Assembly (NCBI GenBank): GCA_010093605.1
Contig: MU004183.1
Location: 806,001-870,000 of the forward strand
Length of the DNA stretch: 64,000 nucleotides
Reading direction: 5' to 3'
From: Lophium mytilinum
Lineage: Eukaryota
Under the pieces are notes generated by a model. That model did no database searches, was not told the origin of the DNA, and saw only the letters and a program-made list of their open reading frames with translations. This document shows, piece by piece, positions 11,756-26,747 of this stretch. Positions within the stretch are counted from its first letter, which is position 1, and the number at the start of each line of letters is the position of its first letter. The position numbers were made by a program, and so were the translations under genes.

Positions 11756-14700
11756 ATGGCGACCACCCAGCCCTCGAATGCGGTCCTGGACCGCATCTTC
11801 GCTCAGCTGCGTTCCAAGTGCTTACCCTACACTCTCAAGTGCTATAGAGACTTATATCAGCGCAGGAACGACGAAGCCCGCATCAAGGCAGCTCACACGC
11901 TGCGCCAAACCCTCGAAGCAGCTCATCGAGGTGCATGAGCCGACCTCCCCCGCGACGCCCTCATCCACTAACTCGGATTGCAGAGTACCCTCCTGGCCAA
12001 TTTGTGGCATACTACAATGATGTCAACCAGCGCATCTCTGCGCTTGTTGTCCAAGGCGAGACGACGAACGACCGCATCGGCGGGATTCACGCCCTCAGCG
12101 CGCTCATCGATTTCAAAGGCGACGATGCAGGCCAGAAAACCACACGCTTCGCGAGCTACCTCCGCTCCGTCTTACGGGGCCTGGACACTACAGCTATGGT
12201 GCCGGCTGCGCGAGCTCTCGGACGGTTGGCAAAGCCCGGTGGGACGCTCACCGCGGAACTTGTTGAAGCAGAGGTCAACGGCGCTCTGGAATGGCTACAA
12301 ATGGAGCGACAAGAGAACCGCCGATTTGCCGCGGTCTTAATCCTTAGAGAACTGGCTAAGAACTCTCCCACCCTGATGTATAAATGGGTCCCTCAGATAT
12401 TCGATGTCATCTGGGCAGCTCTGCGCGACCCTAAGGTCCTCATCCGGGAGTCAGCCGCTGAGGCAATCAGCGCCTGTTTTGAGATTATATCGCCGCGCGA
12501 CTCAAGCATGCGACAAGACTTCTTCGGGCGGGTGTACAAAGAAATCCTGGTTGGCTTCTCCATGAATACCAACGACTCTATCCACGGCTCACTCCTGACG
12601 ATGAAGGAGTTGCTGGAAAAGGGTGCCATGTTCATGACTGGCCCGCGATACAAGGATGCTTGCGATATGGTGTTGAGATACAAGGACCACCGGGAACCTC
12701 TGATCCGGAGAGAGGTCGTCACCATAATACCAATCCTAGCTAGCTACGCTCCCCAGGAATTTGCTTCGCAATACCTGCATCAGTGCATGCTACATCTCCA
12801 AGGCCTGATCAAGAAGGACAGAGACCGGAGCATTGCCTTCATTGCAGTCGGACAGATTGCCAGTGCTATGGGTAGCTCGATTGCGCCATATCTAGACGGT
12901 ATTCTCATGTACATTCGCGAAGGATTGGTAGCGAAATCGTAAGTTCCATGGAGAACCTTCAACGAAGCCATGCTAACACAGTTTTAAGCCGAAGCAAGAA
13001 CATCAACGAAGCTCCCATCTTCGAGTGTCTCAGCATGATCTCGGCCGCAGTTGGCCAAGCGTTGAGCAAGAACGTGGAACCACTTCTTGACCCGATCTTC
13101 TCATGTGGCTTAAGCGACTCACTTACACAAGCTCTTGTAGACATGGCGCATTACGTCCCTCCTTGTCGGCCCGTTATTCAAGAACGCCTACTTGACCTGA
13201 TCAGCCAGGTGCTCTGTGGACGGGGTTTCCTACCTCTTGGAAATCCATTCCATGCGTCGTCACCTCCACAGATCTGGACTCGAGATCATAAGGATCCGCA
13301 AATTGTTGTACAGAAGGAGGCTGAGATTGCGCTCGCCTTGCATACCCTTGGAAGCTTTGATTTCGCCGGCCATGTTCTTAACGAATTTGTCCGAGACGTT
13401 GCAATCCGCTATGTTGAGGCCGACAACCCCGAAATCCGCAAACGCGCAGCTTTGACTTGCTGTCAACTGTTCGTCAATGATCCTATCGTGCATCAAACAA
13501 GTCATCATGCTATCAAGGTTGTGGGCGATGTTATCGAAAAGCTCTTGACCGTCGGTATCGCCGACGTGGACCCGGATATTCGATGGGAGGTCTTGATGGC
13601 TTTGGACAGCCGCTTCGATCGCCACCTTGGAAAAGCCGAAAACGTTCGCACTTTGTTTCTCGCCATACACGACGAAGTCTTCGCCATCCGCGAAGCCGCG
13701 ATGACCATCATTGGACGACTCACATCGGTGAATCCCGCATACGTTTTCCCGTCTCTGCGAAAAGTACTACTTCAGCTCTTGACCGAGATCCGATACGCAA
13801 ATAGTGCTCGAAACAAGGAGGAGAGCGCCCGGCTAATTAGTCATCTCGTCGAAGCATCAAATGACCTTATCAGGCCATATGTCGATCCAATGGTCACAAC
13901 CTTGATGCCGAAAGCCCAAGACTCCAACCCAGAGGTTGCGTCGACGTGCTTGAGGGCAATCGGCGATATTGCGACAGTTGGCGGTGAAGACATGCGACAA
14001 TACATCCCATCCTTGATGCGGATAATATTGGACAACCTGCAAGACCTTGGCTCTGACTCGAGGCGTTTTGCTGCTCTAAGAGCTCTCGGGCAACTAGCTA
14101 CTAATGCTGGCTATGTGATCGAGCCCTATTATGAGTATCCGGAGTTACTCAATATATTGGTCAACATCGTGCGGACGGAGCCAGAGGGCGAGCTGAGGCG
14201 TGAAACCGTCAAATTGATGGGTACACTTGGTGCACTCGACCCAGATGAACATCAGAAGATCATGGAACAATCCCCGGAGAATGCTCTTGTCGCTGAATCT
14301 CAAGCCATCACGGATGTATCGCTCATCATGACTGGAACGACACCCTCTAACGAGGAATATTACCCTACTATCGTGATCAGTACGTTGATCGGACTACTGA
14401 AGGACACCTCGCTTTCTCAGTATCACTCAGCGGTCGTAGATGCCGTCATGAACATCTATGCTACGATGGGCCTCAAATGCGTACCTTTCTTAAGCCAGGT
14501 TGTGCCCGGATTCCTGATGGTCATTCGAGGAGCACCGCCAGGCCGAGTAGAAGGCTACTTCAACCAGCTGAGTCAACTAGTTCGAATTGTCCGGCAGCAC
14601 ATCCGACCATACCTTCCTGCCATCCTCAAGACCGTGCAGGACTTTTGGACCGCCTCGCCTATGCTTCAGGCCACTATCCTTTCTCTCATCGAAGCTATAG

Positions 14701-17700
14701 CCCGGTCTCTCGAGGGCGAGTTCAAAATATACCTCGCAGACGTTCTTCCTCTCATGCTGGGCGTTCTAGACCAAGACAATTCTAACAAGCGTCTGCCATC
14801 GGAAAAGGTTCTGCATGCTTTTCTGATTTTCGGTTACAGCGCGGAAGAATACATGCACCTCATCATACCAGTCATCATCAAGATGTTCGACAAACCTGGC
14901 CAGCCACAAGAGTTGCGCCGACAGGCCATCGAAACTCTGGGTCGGCTGTCCAGACAAGTGAACATCTCCGAATTCGGCTCCATAATTATTCTACCCATCT
15001 CCAGAGTTCTGGCTGGGAACGATACGTCACTCAAGCAAACGGCACTGGAGACTCTGTGCGCCCTGATCTTCCAGCTCGGTCCCGATTACGCCCATTTCGT
15101 GCCGACGATCAACAAAATTCTGGTCACTCATAAGATTCCTCACTCCAATTACGCTCTAATTGTCTCAAAGCTCCAGAAAGGAGAGCCTTTGCCGCAGGAT
15201 CTCAGCCCAGCTGAGCGGTACGGAGATGATGATGAAGACCTCATGGCAGCCGAAATCCAAACAAAGAAGTTGGCCGTCAACCAGCAGCATCTCAAGACTG
15301 CCTGGGAGGCTTCTGCGAAGAGCACCCGAGAAGATTGGGTCGAATGGATGCGGCGGTTCAGTGTTGAGTTGCTTCGCGAATCTCCCCAGCAAGCACTACG
15401 AGCATGCACGCCGTTAGCGAGTATTTACAACCCGATTGCCAAGAGTTTGTTCAACTCTGCGTTCGTGTCCTGCTGGACTGAACTCTACGACCAATATCAG
15501 GAGGAGCTGGTTCGGTCTATTGAGACTGCACTGACTTCCGATGCCATCCCACCAGAGATTCTTCAGATTCTTCTTAACCTCGCGGAATTCATGGAGCACG
15601 ATGACAAAGCTCTGCCTATCGATGTCCGAATCCTTGGTATGTACGCTGCCAAGTGCCACGCTTTCGCGAAGGCTTTGCACTACAAGGAATTAGAGTTCAA
15701 CGCCGAACAAAACTCTAGTGCTGTGGAAGCATTGATAAGCATTAACAATCAACTACAACAAACTGATGCTGCGTTTGGTATCCTTCGGAAGGCTCAGAAC
15801 TACAACGACGTCGAGCTAAAGGAGACCTGGTTCGAGAAGCTTCAGAAATGGGACGAAGCCTTGCACTCGTACGAACGCCGAGAGGCGGTTGACGGAGAGT
15901 CCTTTGAAATCACCATGGGTAAAATGCGATGTTTGCATGCACTCGGAGAGTGGGATCTGCTATCCGAGCTTTCTAACAAGAAATGGGAGGCTGCCACGCC
16001 TGACGTAAAGAAGACTATCGCTCCATTGGCGGCGACGGCGGCATGGGGCCAAGGCAAGTTCTCTGATATGGACAAGTATCTAGGCGTAATGAAGGAGCAC
16101 TCACCAGACCGAGCTTTCTTTGCTTCAGTCCTCAACATCCACAACAATCGGTTTGACGCTGCTCAAGAAGAGATCTCGAAAGCCAGAAAGGGATTGGACA
16201 CTGAACTCAGCTCTCTCTTGGGCGAATCTTATATGAGAGCGTATCTACCAATGATTAGGGTCCAAATGCTTGCTGAGCTCGAGGAAATCATTACATACAA
16301 GCAAAATGATACGAACCCCGAAAAGCGAGCTAGCATGCGCAACACCTGGATGAAGCGTCTGAAGGGTCTCCAGCCAAACCCCGAGGTATGGCAACGGATG
16401 ATGAAAGTTCGACAACTTGTCATTCAGCCAAAGGAGGGCACGGAGATGTGGATCAAGTATACCAATCTCTGTCGCAAGAACGAACGACAAGGTCTTGCGG
16501 AAAAGGCGCTACAGAAGCTCCTCGACTGCGAAGGCTACGACGTTTTCGCCTATGCGCATGAGCACGCCAACGAGATCCCGTATCATGTATCATACGCGGT
16601 CTTCAAGTTCATGTGGTCGACTCCGGACCATCAGCAGGAGGCGCTCGATGTCCTGAAGGAATTCACGTCAAGAGTTGGGGATGAGCTGCAAGTACGTGCT
16701 CAGCGGACAGCTGTCAATCCAATGGTCTCACCAAATGGAATCAATGGAATGCCCAACGGTCATCTCGCGAATGGGCTGAATCCTTTTGCTGCCACTAATG
16801 GCATCAACGGGGCTCATGGCATGAACGGATCAAGCATGCTAGCTGGATCTGGTGGCGCGATATCTTCTGCGGAACTGGCTGAATGCCACAAACTTCTCGC
16901 CAAGTGTTACTTGAAGCAGGGAGAATGGCAGACACACATGCATGGCGGAGAATGGGACCATGAACACGTCCACGACATTCTGTCGGCTTATTCTGCAGCA
17001 ACTCGTTACAACCACGATTGGTATAAGGCATGGCACGCTTGGGCGCTTGGCAACTTTGAGGTCGTTAACTCAATCTCTTCGCAATCAAGTCGCGAGAATA
17101 CGGCCGTACCGCCCAACTTGATTCACGATCATGTTGTTCCCGCGATCCAGGGTTTCTTCAGGTCGATTGCCCTGTCAACCACCAGCTCACTCCAAGACAC
17201 TTTGCGTCTGCTCACTCTTTGGTTCGACTATGGGAGTAACGAGCAAGTCAGCCATGCTATCTCTGAGGGCATCAAGACGGTATCTATTGACACCTGGTTG
17301 GAGGTTATTCCTCAGCTTCTGGCCCGCATCAACCAGCCCCACGCTACGATCAGAAACTCGATTCATTCGTTACTGATCGAAGTTGGCAAGGCCCACCCTC
17401 AAGCATTGGTGTTCCCTCTCACCGTTTCTATGAAATCAGATGTGTCAGGTCGTTCAAGATCTGCTGCACAGCTTATGAATGCTATGCGCCAACACTCGCC
17501 GATATTGGTTGAGCAAGCCGATCTCGTCAGTCACGAGCTCATTCGAATTGCAGTTTTGTGGCACGAACAATGGCATGAAGGCCTCGAAGAAGCGTCCAGG
17601 CTTTACTTTGGTGACCACAACATCGAGGGCATGTTCAACACTCTTCAACCATTGCATGCCATGCTCGACAAGGGAGCTGAGACCTTGCGAGAGATTTCGT

Positions 17701-19287
17701 TCATTCAGTCATTTGGCCGAGAGCTTCAAGAAGCTAGGGATTGGTGCAACACATTCCGGACATCTGGTGAGGTTGGCGATCTCAATCAAGCTTGGGATCT
17801 GTATTACCAAGTGTTCCGAAAGATTGCTCGTCAACTCCCATCGCTTATGACTTTGGAGCTTCAATATGTCTCACCAGCTCTCAAAGACGCCCGAGACTTG
17901 GATCTGGCAGTTCCTGGAACGTACCAGGTCGGCAAGCAAATCATCCGAATCATTTCCTTCGATCCCGTTTCGACGGTCATCCAGTCTAAGCAGCGGCCTA
18001 GGAAACTAGAGATGAAGGGGAGTGATGGCAAAACACACGTGCACATTCTCAAAGGGCACGAAGATATCCGGCAAGATGAGCGTGTTATGCAGCTGTTTGG
18101 ATTGGTCAATACCCTCCTTACTCATGATGCCGAAAGCCGGAAGAGGCATCTCAACATCCAGCGTTACGCGGCCATCCCGTTGTCCACGCAGTCAGGTCTT
18201 TTGGGATTCGTTCCCAACAGCGACACGCTGCACGTTCTTATTCGAGAGTACCGTGAGAGCCGGAAGATCCTTCTCAACATTGAACACCGGATCATGCTTC
18301 AGATGGCGCCTGACTATGACTGCCTCACGCTTATGCAGAAAGTCGAAGTCTTCGGGTACGCATTGGACAACACGACTGGCCAGGACCTTTACCGCGTGCT
18401 TTGGCTGAAGAGTAAGAGCTCGGAATCTTGGCTCGACCGTCGCACGAACTATACTCGGTCTCTAGCAGTCATGTCGATGGTCGGCTACATCCTCGGTCTC
18501 GGCGATAGACATCCCTCTAATCTTATGCTCGACAAGATTACTGGCAAGATCATCCATATCGATTTCGGTGACTGCTTCGAAGTTGCCATGCACCGCGAAA
18601 AATACCCCGAACGCGTTCCATTCCGGTTAACTCGCATGTTGACGTACGCTATGGAGGTTAGCAATATCGAAGGTAGCTACAGGACGACTTGCGAGCATGT
18701 GATGCGTGTACTGCGGAGCAACAAGGAGTCGGTTATGGCCGTCTTAGAAGCGGTAAGCTTTCGCATTCCTATCGTTCCGTTTGAAATGGTCAAGCCTGCA
18801 GACGTGGCTTTGGTTTCCCTGAAACCAGCAAGTGGCCTAGTATCGTAAAAGCATATTTTCTTATATGAATCTCAAACTAACGCTTAAATAGTTCATCCAT
18901 GATCCACTTCTCACCTGGCGTCTCGGCAATCGAGAGTCACCTCCCGAGCCCTCGTTCCCGTCAGCCCGCCGCCAGTCTATCATCGGAGAAGCAGAGCGCG
19001 ACATGAATTCACGTGAACGCGACATGAACTCACGCGACATCAACTCGTCCCTCGCACGACCACGACATCGGTCCAGTGTCGCACCTGCCAACGACGCGGA
19101 GGCCAAGGAAGTGCAGAACGCGCGTGCCCTCCAAGTGCTCAGCAGAGTCAAAGAGAAGTTGACTGGCAAAGACTTCAAGCCTACCGAGGAGTTGAACGTC
19201 AATATGCAAGTCGATCGACTGATCCGGGAGGCGACGAACCTCGAGAACCTCTGCCAGCATTACATTGGATGGTGTAGTTTCTGGTGA
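11756..19287 (+). CDS. TOR: Target of rapamycin kinase; exons 11756-11817, 11866-11930, 11984-12938, 12989-18752, 18892-19287
   Basis: HEAT repeats, FAT domain, [20 protein letters not shown], kinase [33 protein letters not shown], and [16 protein letters not shown]. Four GT-AG introns restore the frame. Confidence 0.98.
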
Positions 19288-21506
19288 ACGCAGCTGTCTT
19301 GAGATGGAGGCTTGGCTAGGTGGTGTGGGGGGCGCTGGACTTGAGCGTATGCGTGTGATTCTGTTTCTTTTGCTATTACAACTTCCAACCTTTTTGCGAG
19401 TTCGAATGGCATATGCCTTAGCGACGCTGGCTAGCGTAATTCATGGACCTTCTTTGGACTCTTGGGTGGCGTAATGGGAATGGATAGGATGGAACCTATG
19501 GGTGGTAAGACGGAGTCAATGGACAGGATTTAGGTGCTGCATAGCGACATGGCGATGGCGCTGGGCTTGTCGTTGTCCTGGCTGACTTTTGGGCTCTTTT
19601 GGTATACTAGTTTTTCAGCTTTGTAAATGAAGCTATAATGGATCCAATATACGGACAACCAAGACCTCATCGCGCGCGTTCTATGGTACACGTTTTGGGG
19701 GTGCGCAGTCTATGCACGGAAGAGGGATCCTCAAAGCGTCAGTCACGTCGATAGCCCGAGATGTCATCTCTAATAGTCATGTCTTTCAGACATTAGGATA
19801 CGAAATGAAAAACATATTATTGAACAATGCTGTCTACCATCGAGCCTTCGAGGTGACGATGATCGTCATCACAAACGGCGAGGCCTAGTTAGTAATTTGT
19901 CGACCCGTTTTCTTGAATCCGTCGATTCTTCACCGGCCACTCTGGGCTTCAGGCTTCCAAGCCTCTTTGAGTTCAGATCATCAAATTAGAGAGTAGCTTG
20001 CGTGTCGTAGAAGAGGAAGAGCTTGTCAAAGATCTACCTAGTTAGCAAGAGCACCGAGGAAAGAAGTTGGGGTGGGAGATAGATGAGTCTATATAGCTGG
20101 CAAACGGCATTCACTGAATTGATAACTCATCAACGCTAGGTAGTTTAATGAGGCAATGTAATCGTGCCAGAGGGGTTAGGCACCTGTTATGCTACCAACC
20201 TTAGAAGGTACTTTCAGTCCTACAAAGGTAGCCGTGAATCAAACCAAGAAATTCCTCTCGTCTCTCTTCCACCATTCTCTTCCCCTCCTCCTCCACATGC
20301 TCCACCCTCTGACCCTTCCGCTTACCCCCCCCCCTGCCTAGTGTCCCCTCCTCCTCCGAGAGGAAGCAGAGTTTCAAAGCGCTTGTCTTCTATGCTCTCC
20401 TGTATCAGGGTATCCTCGACCAAGTGGCGTTACTGCTAATGTCTTTTCTGTTCATATACCTAGATTTCTACAGGAAATGAGTAAGCCTTACCAAAAATCT
20501 GGCCGCACGACGCTTTGCATAGCGGGTGGAATCACCTTGGCTGGAAGCTCGAGAAGTTTACTATGGTGCCAGGGATAAGTAGGCACTTCCCCCGGGATGT
20601 GACCGATATTAAGAAAGTGAACAACCCGAAGACGAACGAATCTGGAATATCGACGACTATGTTGAAGAATTTAACGAATGTCACTAGCATCGAAAAAGAA
20701 TTGAGGCGAGGGCCTGGAGGCAAAGCTAGGTTAAAAAAGGCTCGGGTTCGAGAGAGAACACATGGTTCGTAGGAACTGAGGCAAGCGAGTAGCATCGCCG
20801 GGTCTTTTAAAATTGAGATCGATCATGCACCCATCCCTTCGATGCCCTCTGTCAGCTGCTGAACACCCCCGTTGCCTCCGCTCTCCACCCTCGGGACTGG
20901 GCTATCCAATCTCTTCACGGTACGCTTTTCCCATCTTTTGCATACACCCTTCTTTCGTGAAACCGAACTCCGCTGACAGCCAGCGAAATGAACACAATAT
21001 ATCAGCAAGCCGGTCGTTTTGATCGTCATCACATCTCCGTGCCATCAGCACAGCGTCTACATTGACATGATACTAGAACCCGCATCAGTACCACATACCC
21101 GGAACGCAAAAGACCTGAGTCATGCTTACCACTTCGAGCGACCGAAACCACACTCTCCACGGCTTCTGACTTGAAGTGCATGGAATTTGACGTACCTTGT
21201 TTACGATGCTGGGAGCTTTACCTCTATGAACCCTTCTTGCTAGTAGGAAATGTGGTGTCCTCAAGCTATGTAGAGACTACTCAAATGCTCATCACACCAT
21301 ATCTATTATGACTTGCAAGAAAATGCAACACCTCATCTGCCTCCTGCTTTACGCAGCGACTGAGAGGACCGAAAGACATGAGCCATACTCACATCCTCCC
21401 AACCCTCAAACAAGCCGCAACGCTATTACAAAACAGCTTGCAATTCGCCGGCGTGAACCGATACTTATTCTGCACATAATGCTTATACACGATCCTCGCT
21501 GGCACA

Positions 21507-22108
21507 TCACGTTAGTAGAAGATCCCTCAACCCAAGTCTACAGAAGCAGAAATAACTCGAAGAATTGAAATCCCACAAACCTTCCCTAGCAACCTCCTCC
21601 CCACCCACCCCCTCACATCCCCCAACCTCCTCCTGCCAATTTCCAAACCCAGACCCCGTCACCATCACCCCCTTGAGCAACAACTCCTTGCGCACCACCG
21701 GCTCCTTCGCCGCCTCTGTGTACAGCGAAAACCCCTCTTCCAACCACCCGCCCTCCTCTTGCTCCGCTTCCCCGTCTGCGCTCTCAGCGCTGCTGCTCAC
21801 CAACGCAACCGCATACCCCTGCACCCCCTCCTCCTTCACCGCCCGATCCAGCACCAGCAGCCGCACGTGCTTGAACGCCCGCTCCTTCGCCCTCGCCTTC
21901 CCGCTATTCGCGCGCCGCGTGATGAAATTCAGGAGGTGGTGGTGCGAGACGGGCGTGTAGTCTAGGTACAGCCGCGAGACGGCGATGTCGGGCATGTTCC
22001 GCGGTAGGAAGGTTTTCGGGGCGGCGTGGTCGGCGAAGTCGCGCGCGATGACGGAGGGGTCGGGGGACGGGGTGGCTGGGAAAGGGGAGGGATTTAGGGA
22101 GGCCATTT
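21507..22108 (-). CDS. Hypothetical protein
   Basis: About 200-codon ORF from MASLNPSPFP with GC-rich coding-like codon usage. No recognisable domain; both ends uncertain. Confidence 0.5.
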
Positions 22109-24868
22109 TGGAGCTGTTAGACTCTGTGTCGGGGGAGCAGAGCCCACCCAAGGAGTTGGGGCATCTTAAGGAGAGGCGTGAGGCATGGTTGCGGGCGTGG
22201 TCGGGATGTCAGCCGCGGCTGTGGCTGGCTTCTCAGGGTTCAGCTATGGCGCATTGTGGCGCTTGCAGAGATAGTGGGGGTTGATATGGGGGATTGGGAG
22301 GTGGGTGGAGGGGGTTTGTGGTCTGTTTGAGATGCTTGGAATATAGGGAGGGAGAGGTTTGGGTTTGATGTGTGAGAACCAATGTTCATTTTTCAGATGG
22401 ATGGATGGATAAAGCACGTGACGTCGCCTATCTAGGTACAGATATGATGATAGATATTGCACATTTGTAACCAGCCCTCGCGGAATAATAACTCGTAAAT
22501 CATGTTTCCACGTCTCAGGCGACAATGCGCAAAAGGTCTCGCGATCGAAAGACCTCCCAAACCACCGCGACCACAGCGGCAACCGAACGGGGGTGTTACA
22601 AGGTATGGTTCCCGCTCCCGGATCTAAGCCCTAGACATTTCACGGCAGTCGGCACCGCGAAACCTAGCCCCAACGTCGTCTTCCAGCGAACCACAAAGAA
22701 CGTGATGCAGGTTGCGGAACAAGCTCCGCGGGATGAGCCCCGGTGGCGTAAGGCAGGCAGCTGGCGCGAAAGGGTGCTTGAAGCCTAAGCGAGGTCGTGT
22801 ACCCGTGGTTCACATCGTGTTTTCAATGCAAAGGCTTTGATTCCACTGTTTCTAATGCCTTGGCTTTCTTGCCGTACGAGAGACGAAAGGGCTTCTGTGG
22901 CGGTGAACAAAAAATTAAACACGTCGTGAAAACAGTGGAGCTAAAGTATAAGTCGGTTACTTCGGCTACTTCGGTGAAGGGACATCCAATTGGTTGGAAG
23001 ACTTCTTTACCGCCCCTAAGGCTGTTGAGCGATTCGCTTGGGTTCGTTAATCGGACAGGGATGAACGCGCGAGAGTGGAGAAGGCGTGCTTGGAGTAGGA
23101 TTGCCCTTGTTGGGAAGACGGAGTGCTAGCACGAGACCATTTGGATATATTAGGGATATATAATGTTTATGAGATTTCAAGGGAAGATGGAGGTCAGAGC
23201 AGGTCAACTAAGTCAGAAGCTTGGGAAGTTTGTGTATTGAGTCTTCGTCAAGCAGCAAGCTTGAAGGGGGAATGCGTTTACGAGAGCTCATGTTCCCGTC
23301 TTGGGTAAATGCAGCGCCGAGTAAGAGGTCTCCTGGGCAGATGGGTGGTGGTGTGGTGTGGGGCTAGAACTCCGAACATGGCTGGCTGGCTGGCCACATG
23401 CCCACTTTGCACGAGTTCGAAAAGCTGCATGCATCCATTAATAATTGGTCAAGGCTGCCCAGGTGACAGATGACTCAATCCTGACTCTTGGGGCCAGCCG
23501 TCGTGGCATGTGAGCGCACCGTCAGCAGCAGTAGTACTGACTGTCATGACTATCGATGACGGAGTGCGAAATGAGTCTTGAGATAATTTTTTACTTGTCG
23601 CAGAAAATGATCCTGCTCACCCGCACACCGAGAAATAGCCGTGATTTGAGGTTGTTATGAGGTAGTTCGCAAGAGACTTCTTGGTGAGAGATGAGCCCAG
23701 CGGTCGTCAAAGTCGGATGCGCCGGCAGCACGACAAGGCGAAGGCAGCATGGCTGGCCAGGGTCGGTGGCATCGAGTGATCCTGGCGCTGTGGGTGGTGC
23801 GGGCTAACTCCGCGGTCAAGCCCCGGCGGGTAAGGTCGCCAAGCGCATGCAAAGCTTGTTGGTGGGCTGACGGCGTCGATCGTGCCGCTGCCGGCGATGT
23901 TGAGGCGTAGCGGGTGTTGGCGGGATATGTGGATGGAGATGCTGAACGAACAAAGCCCTTTGCCCGTTTTCTTTGCCATGTCTCACGCTATCGAGGACTG
24001 TCAGCAAGACAGCTTCGCCGCAAACAAGGCTAGCATCTCTGTCGGTTATACCAGTACTGTCAATGTGTTGTCTTGGGAGGCGTCGCGGTGTTTGATACGG
24101 GAATGCGGCGGCGTGACTTGGCGCCGGGTAGTTCGGAAACCCTGTGTATCCTACCTAAACGGTTGACTGCGGCTGCTATTCGGTAGACCTCTTTGAATTG
24201 ATTGCGACGGGGATCGCTCGGGACAGAAAGTTCAAGAATGGAGTTTTCAAACACTTGCCTAGATGTGATGCCAACCGCGGTGCCTCTGGAGATGGGCGAG
24301 AGGAAGGCAGATTCCTACAACTATGAAGGCTCTTTCGAGCAAGATCTGGACACTTTTCTCGGGTAGATCCTGGGAAGAAAGCGCGTCTGCAGCTAGCGAC
24401 AAGGCCTGCCGAGCGTGCTGGGTGCTGCCCCACGTCATGCATGGGAAAGCACATCAGAAAGTGTTGGTCGGCCGATGCTTCCTTCGCCGTGAGATTCGCA
24501 GCTATTGCCGCAGCGCCGTTGCTCTGGCGAACTTCGCCGATGCTGGTAAGCCTCAAATCCTCGGACGCCGGCTTGAGTACCCACCAATCCCACCGACTTG
24601 GCCGACTCTGCCGTGCTGCTGCAGCCTTCCAGTTCTTTAATAATCCTCATTCATACCCGCCGACCGAACTTCCAACTCCGAGCCCTTTGTGACCCGACAC
24701 CCAGCATCTTTTCATTCCGTCCTGAGACCTCAGACATTCCTACATCATTAATATCCGCCTCGCACTCACAGCTTCTCGCAACCCCGCATAACCGCGAGCT
24801 GCCCTCCTCACCGATCTTCTTGCCTGGCTGCTTTTCAGTCGCACTGAATTTCGGATCAACCAGGATAC

Positions 24869-26747
24869 ATGCCGAGAGGTCGCGTCCTCGCCTTAGCCGC
24901 CGCAGCGCTCCTCCTAGAGGCCCTCCCTCTAGCAGTCGCTCACGGCTCCGACCACAATGACGAGAACATGAATATGGCACACCATGAAGCTTCGGCTTCG
25001 GCTAGCGACAAGCCTATGAGCTATTGGAGCTTCGCTGACCATGTTGGCGTCATATACGCACACATTGCGCTGATGAGTCTGGCCTGGATGGTGGTGCTGC
25101 CAATCGGTGAGTGTTGAGAGTTATGCGCCGCAGCGAAACTTAATCTGACGGGGTTCCAGGCGTGATGTTCAGCGTCTCTAGGTCTCGGTTCGCTCTCCCT
25201 GCCCAGTTCGTTTTCCTCGTCGTAAATGCCTTTGGTATGCTCTTCGGTATCATTTATGATCGCAAGACCCCAAGCTTGTACGAGAACAACGCGCATAGCA
25301 AGACTGGATGGATCATAACGTGGGTTGCCTCTGCTTGGGTCTTCATGGCCCTCGTGCAGGCATACACAGGTCGGATCAAGGCACACTCCATGGAGGATCA
25401 GGTCGCGCAGCCTGTGTCCAGTGCTGCATTGGCCCAGTATCATCGCGTGCAAGATGCGCAGCTTAACTTCTCGAGGTGGTCGAATGACTCTGGCCACGGC
25501 ACCGAGCGCAACTCGTCCTCGCTGTGTGGCCATTCCAGGTCGCCAAGTGTGGAATCCGAGAACCAGCAGTACATTGAGCCTCAGAGCCCATACCACCATG
25601 ACGATGATGAACCATTTGTTGATGATGATGCCGAGAAGCGCGGCTTCTTGCGAAATACTTCCGTTGATCGATTCCTTGGCCGCAATATTTCTCGACTCGC
25701 CTCCTTCGGCCGAATCCTGAAGATAGTTCGATTCTTGTATGTCGTGATTGACCGTACCATCTTGATCCAAGGATTCGTTGCCTTCACCAGCGGTACTGTG
25801 GTGTACGGAGGCATTGGTGTAAGTCTTGTCGACTATTGCTCTAGACTATAGTCAGCTAACAACCATCTTAGCGAGGTGGTGCCGTCTTCAACGTCCTTGC
25901 ACACTACGTGAAAGGAGGTATCTTCTTCTGGTACGGACTGCTAACCCTTGGTCGCTGGATGGGCGCATTCGCGGATTTCGGTTGGGCGTGGAACATGAAG
26001 CCACCAAAGGAAGTAGTTGGTCATCGGCGCGCGGCTCTACCTAGCGCCGAATTCATCGAGTCCTTCGTCATCTTCCTATACGGCTGTTCCAACGTCTTCC
26101 TCGAGCACTTAGCAGCCTGGGGGGACGCGTGGACCGCGCAGGATCTCGAGCATGTCTCCATTTCCATCATGTTCTTCGGTGGTGGCTTGCTCGGAATGAT
26201 TGTCGAGTCGCGCAAGATGAGAGATCTCCTCAACTATTCCATCGCATCCGTCCAAGACTCCATGGTCTCCAGCGAATCCTGGCAGCCGCCCAAGTCGTAC
26301 CGCTTTTCGATGAACCCGATGCCCGGCCTCATAATCCTCCTCTTGGGCATAATGATGAGCTCGCACCACCAGGCCTCGATGCTGTCCAGCATGATTCACA
26401 AGCAGTGGGGCAACATGTTCGTCGGCTTCGCCCTGGCGCGCGCGGTTACTTACATCCTCATGTATCTTTGCCCACCCACGTCGTACCTACCCTCGCGCCC
26501 ACCATCCGAGATCATCACTGCCTTCTGCCTGGTCGCCGGTGGCTTAACCTTCATGGTGAGCAATAAGGACACAGTCGCGGCGCTGGAGTCGTATGGCCTG
26601 GACGCCATGTTCACCCTTACCGTCACCATCGGCTTCACAGCTCTGCTGCTGGCGTGGACGACGGTCCTCATCGCCTTGAAGGGCTGGGCCGTGCGTAAGG
26701 AGAGCAAGACTCCCTTCGCCAAACGCAGCGCAGGCGCACTCGCCTAG
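24869..26747 (+). CDS. YTP1/DUF2427-family integral membrane protein; exons 24869-25106, 25160-25818, 25872-26747
   Basis: Signal peptide, His-rich AHGSDH segment, YAHIALMSLAW, YENNAHSKTGW, LAHYVKGGIFFWYG, DLEHVSISIMFFGGGL, MSSHHQ..IHKQWG and many TM helices. Confidence 0.85.

Noticed and set aside
18753..18891. Small hairpin GGTTTC-CCT-GAAACC in the last TOR intron
   Set aside because: A 6-bp stem is expected by chance.
12959..19260. Many short antisense and alternate-frame ORFs within TOR
   Set aside because: They are shadows of a long conserved coding sequence and have no motifs of their own.
19880..20800. Exon-like fragments downstream of TOR
   Set aside because: They contain stops, form no coherent gene model and match no family I recognise.
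22244..24700. Scattered 60-126 aa ORFs
   Set aside because: Many have non-ATG starts, and none shows motifs or splice structure; treated as intergenic.
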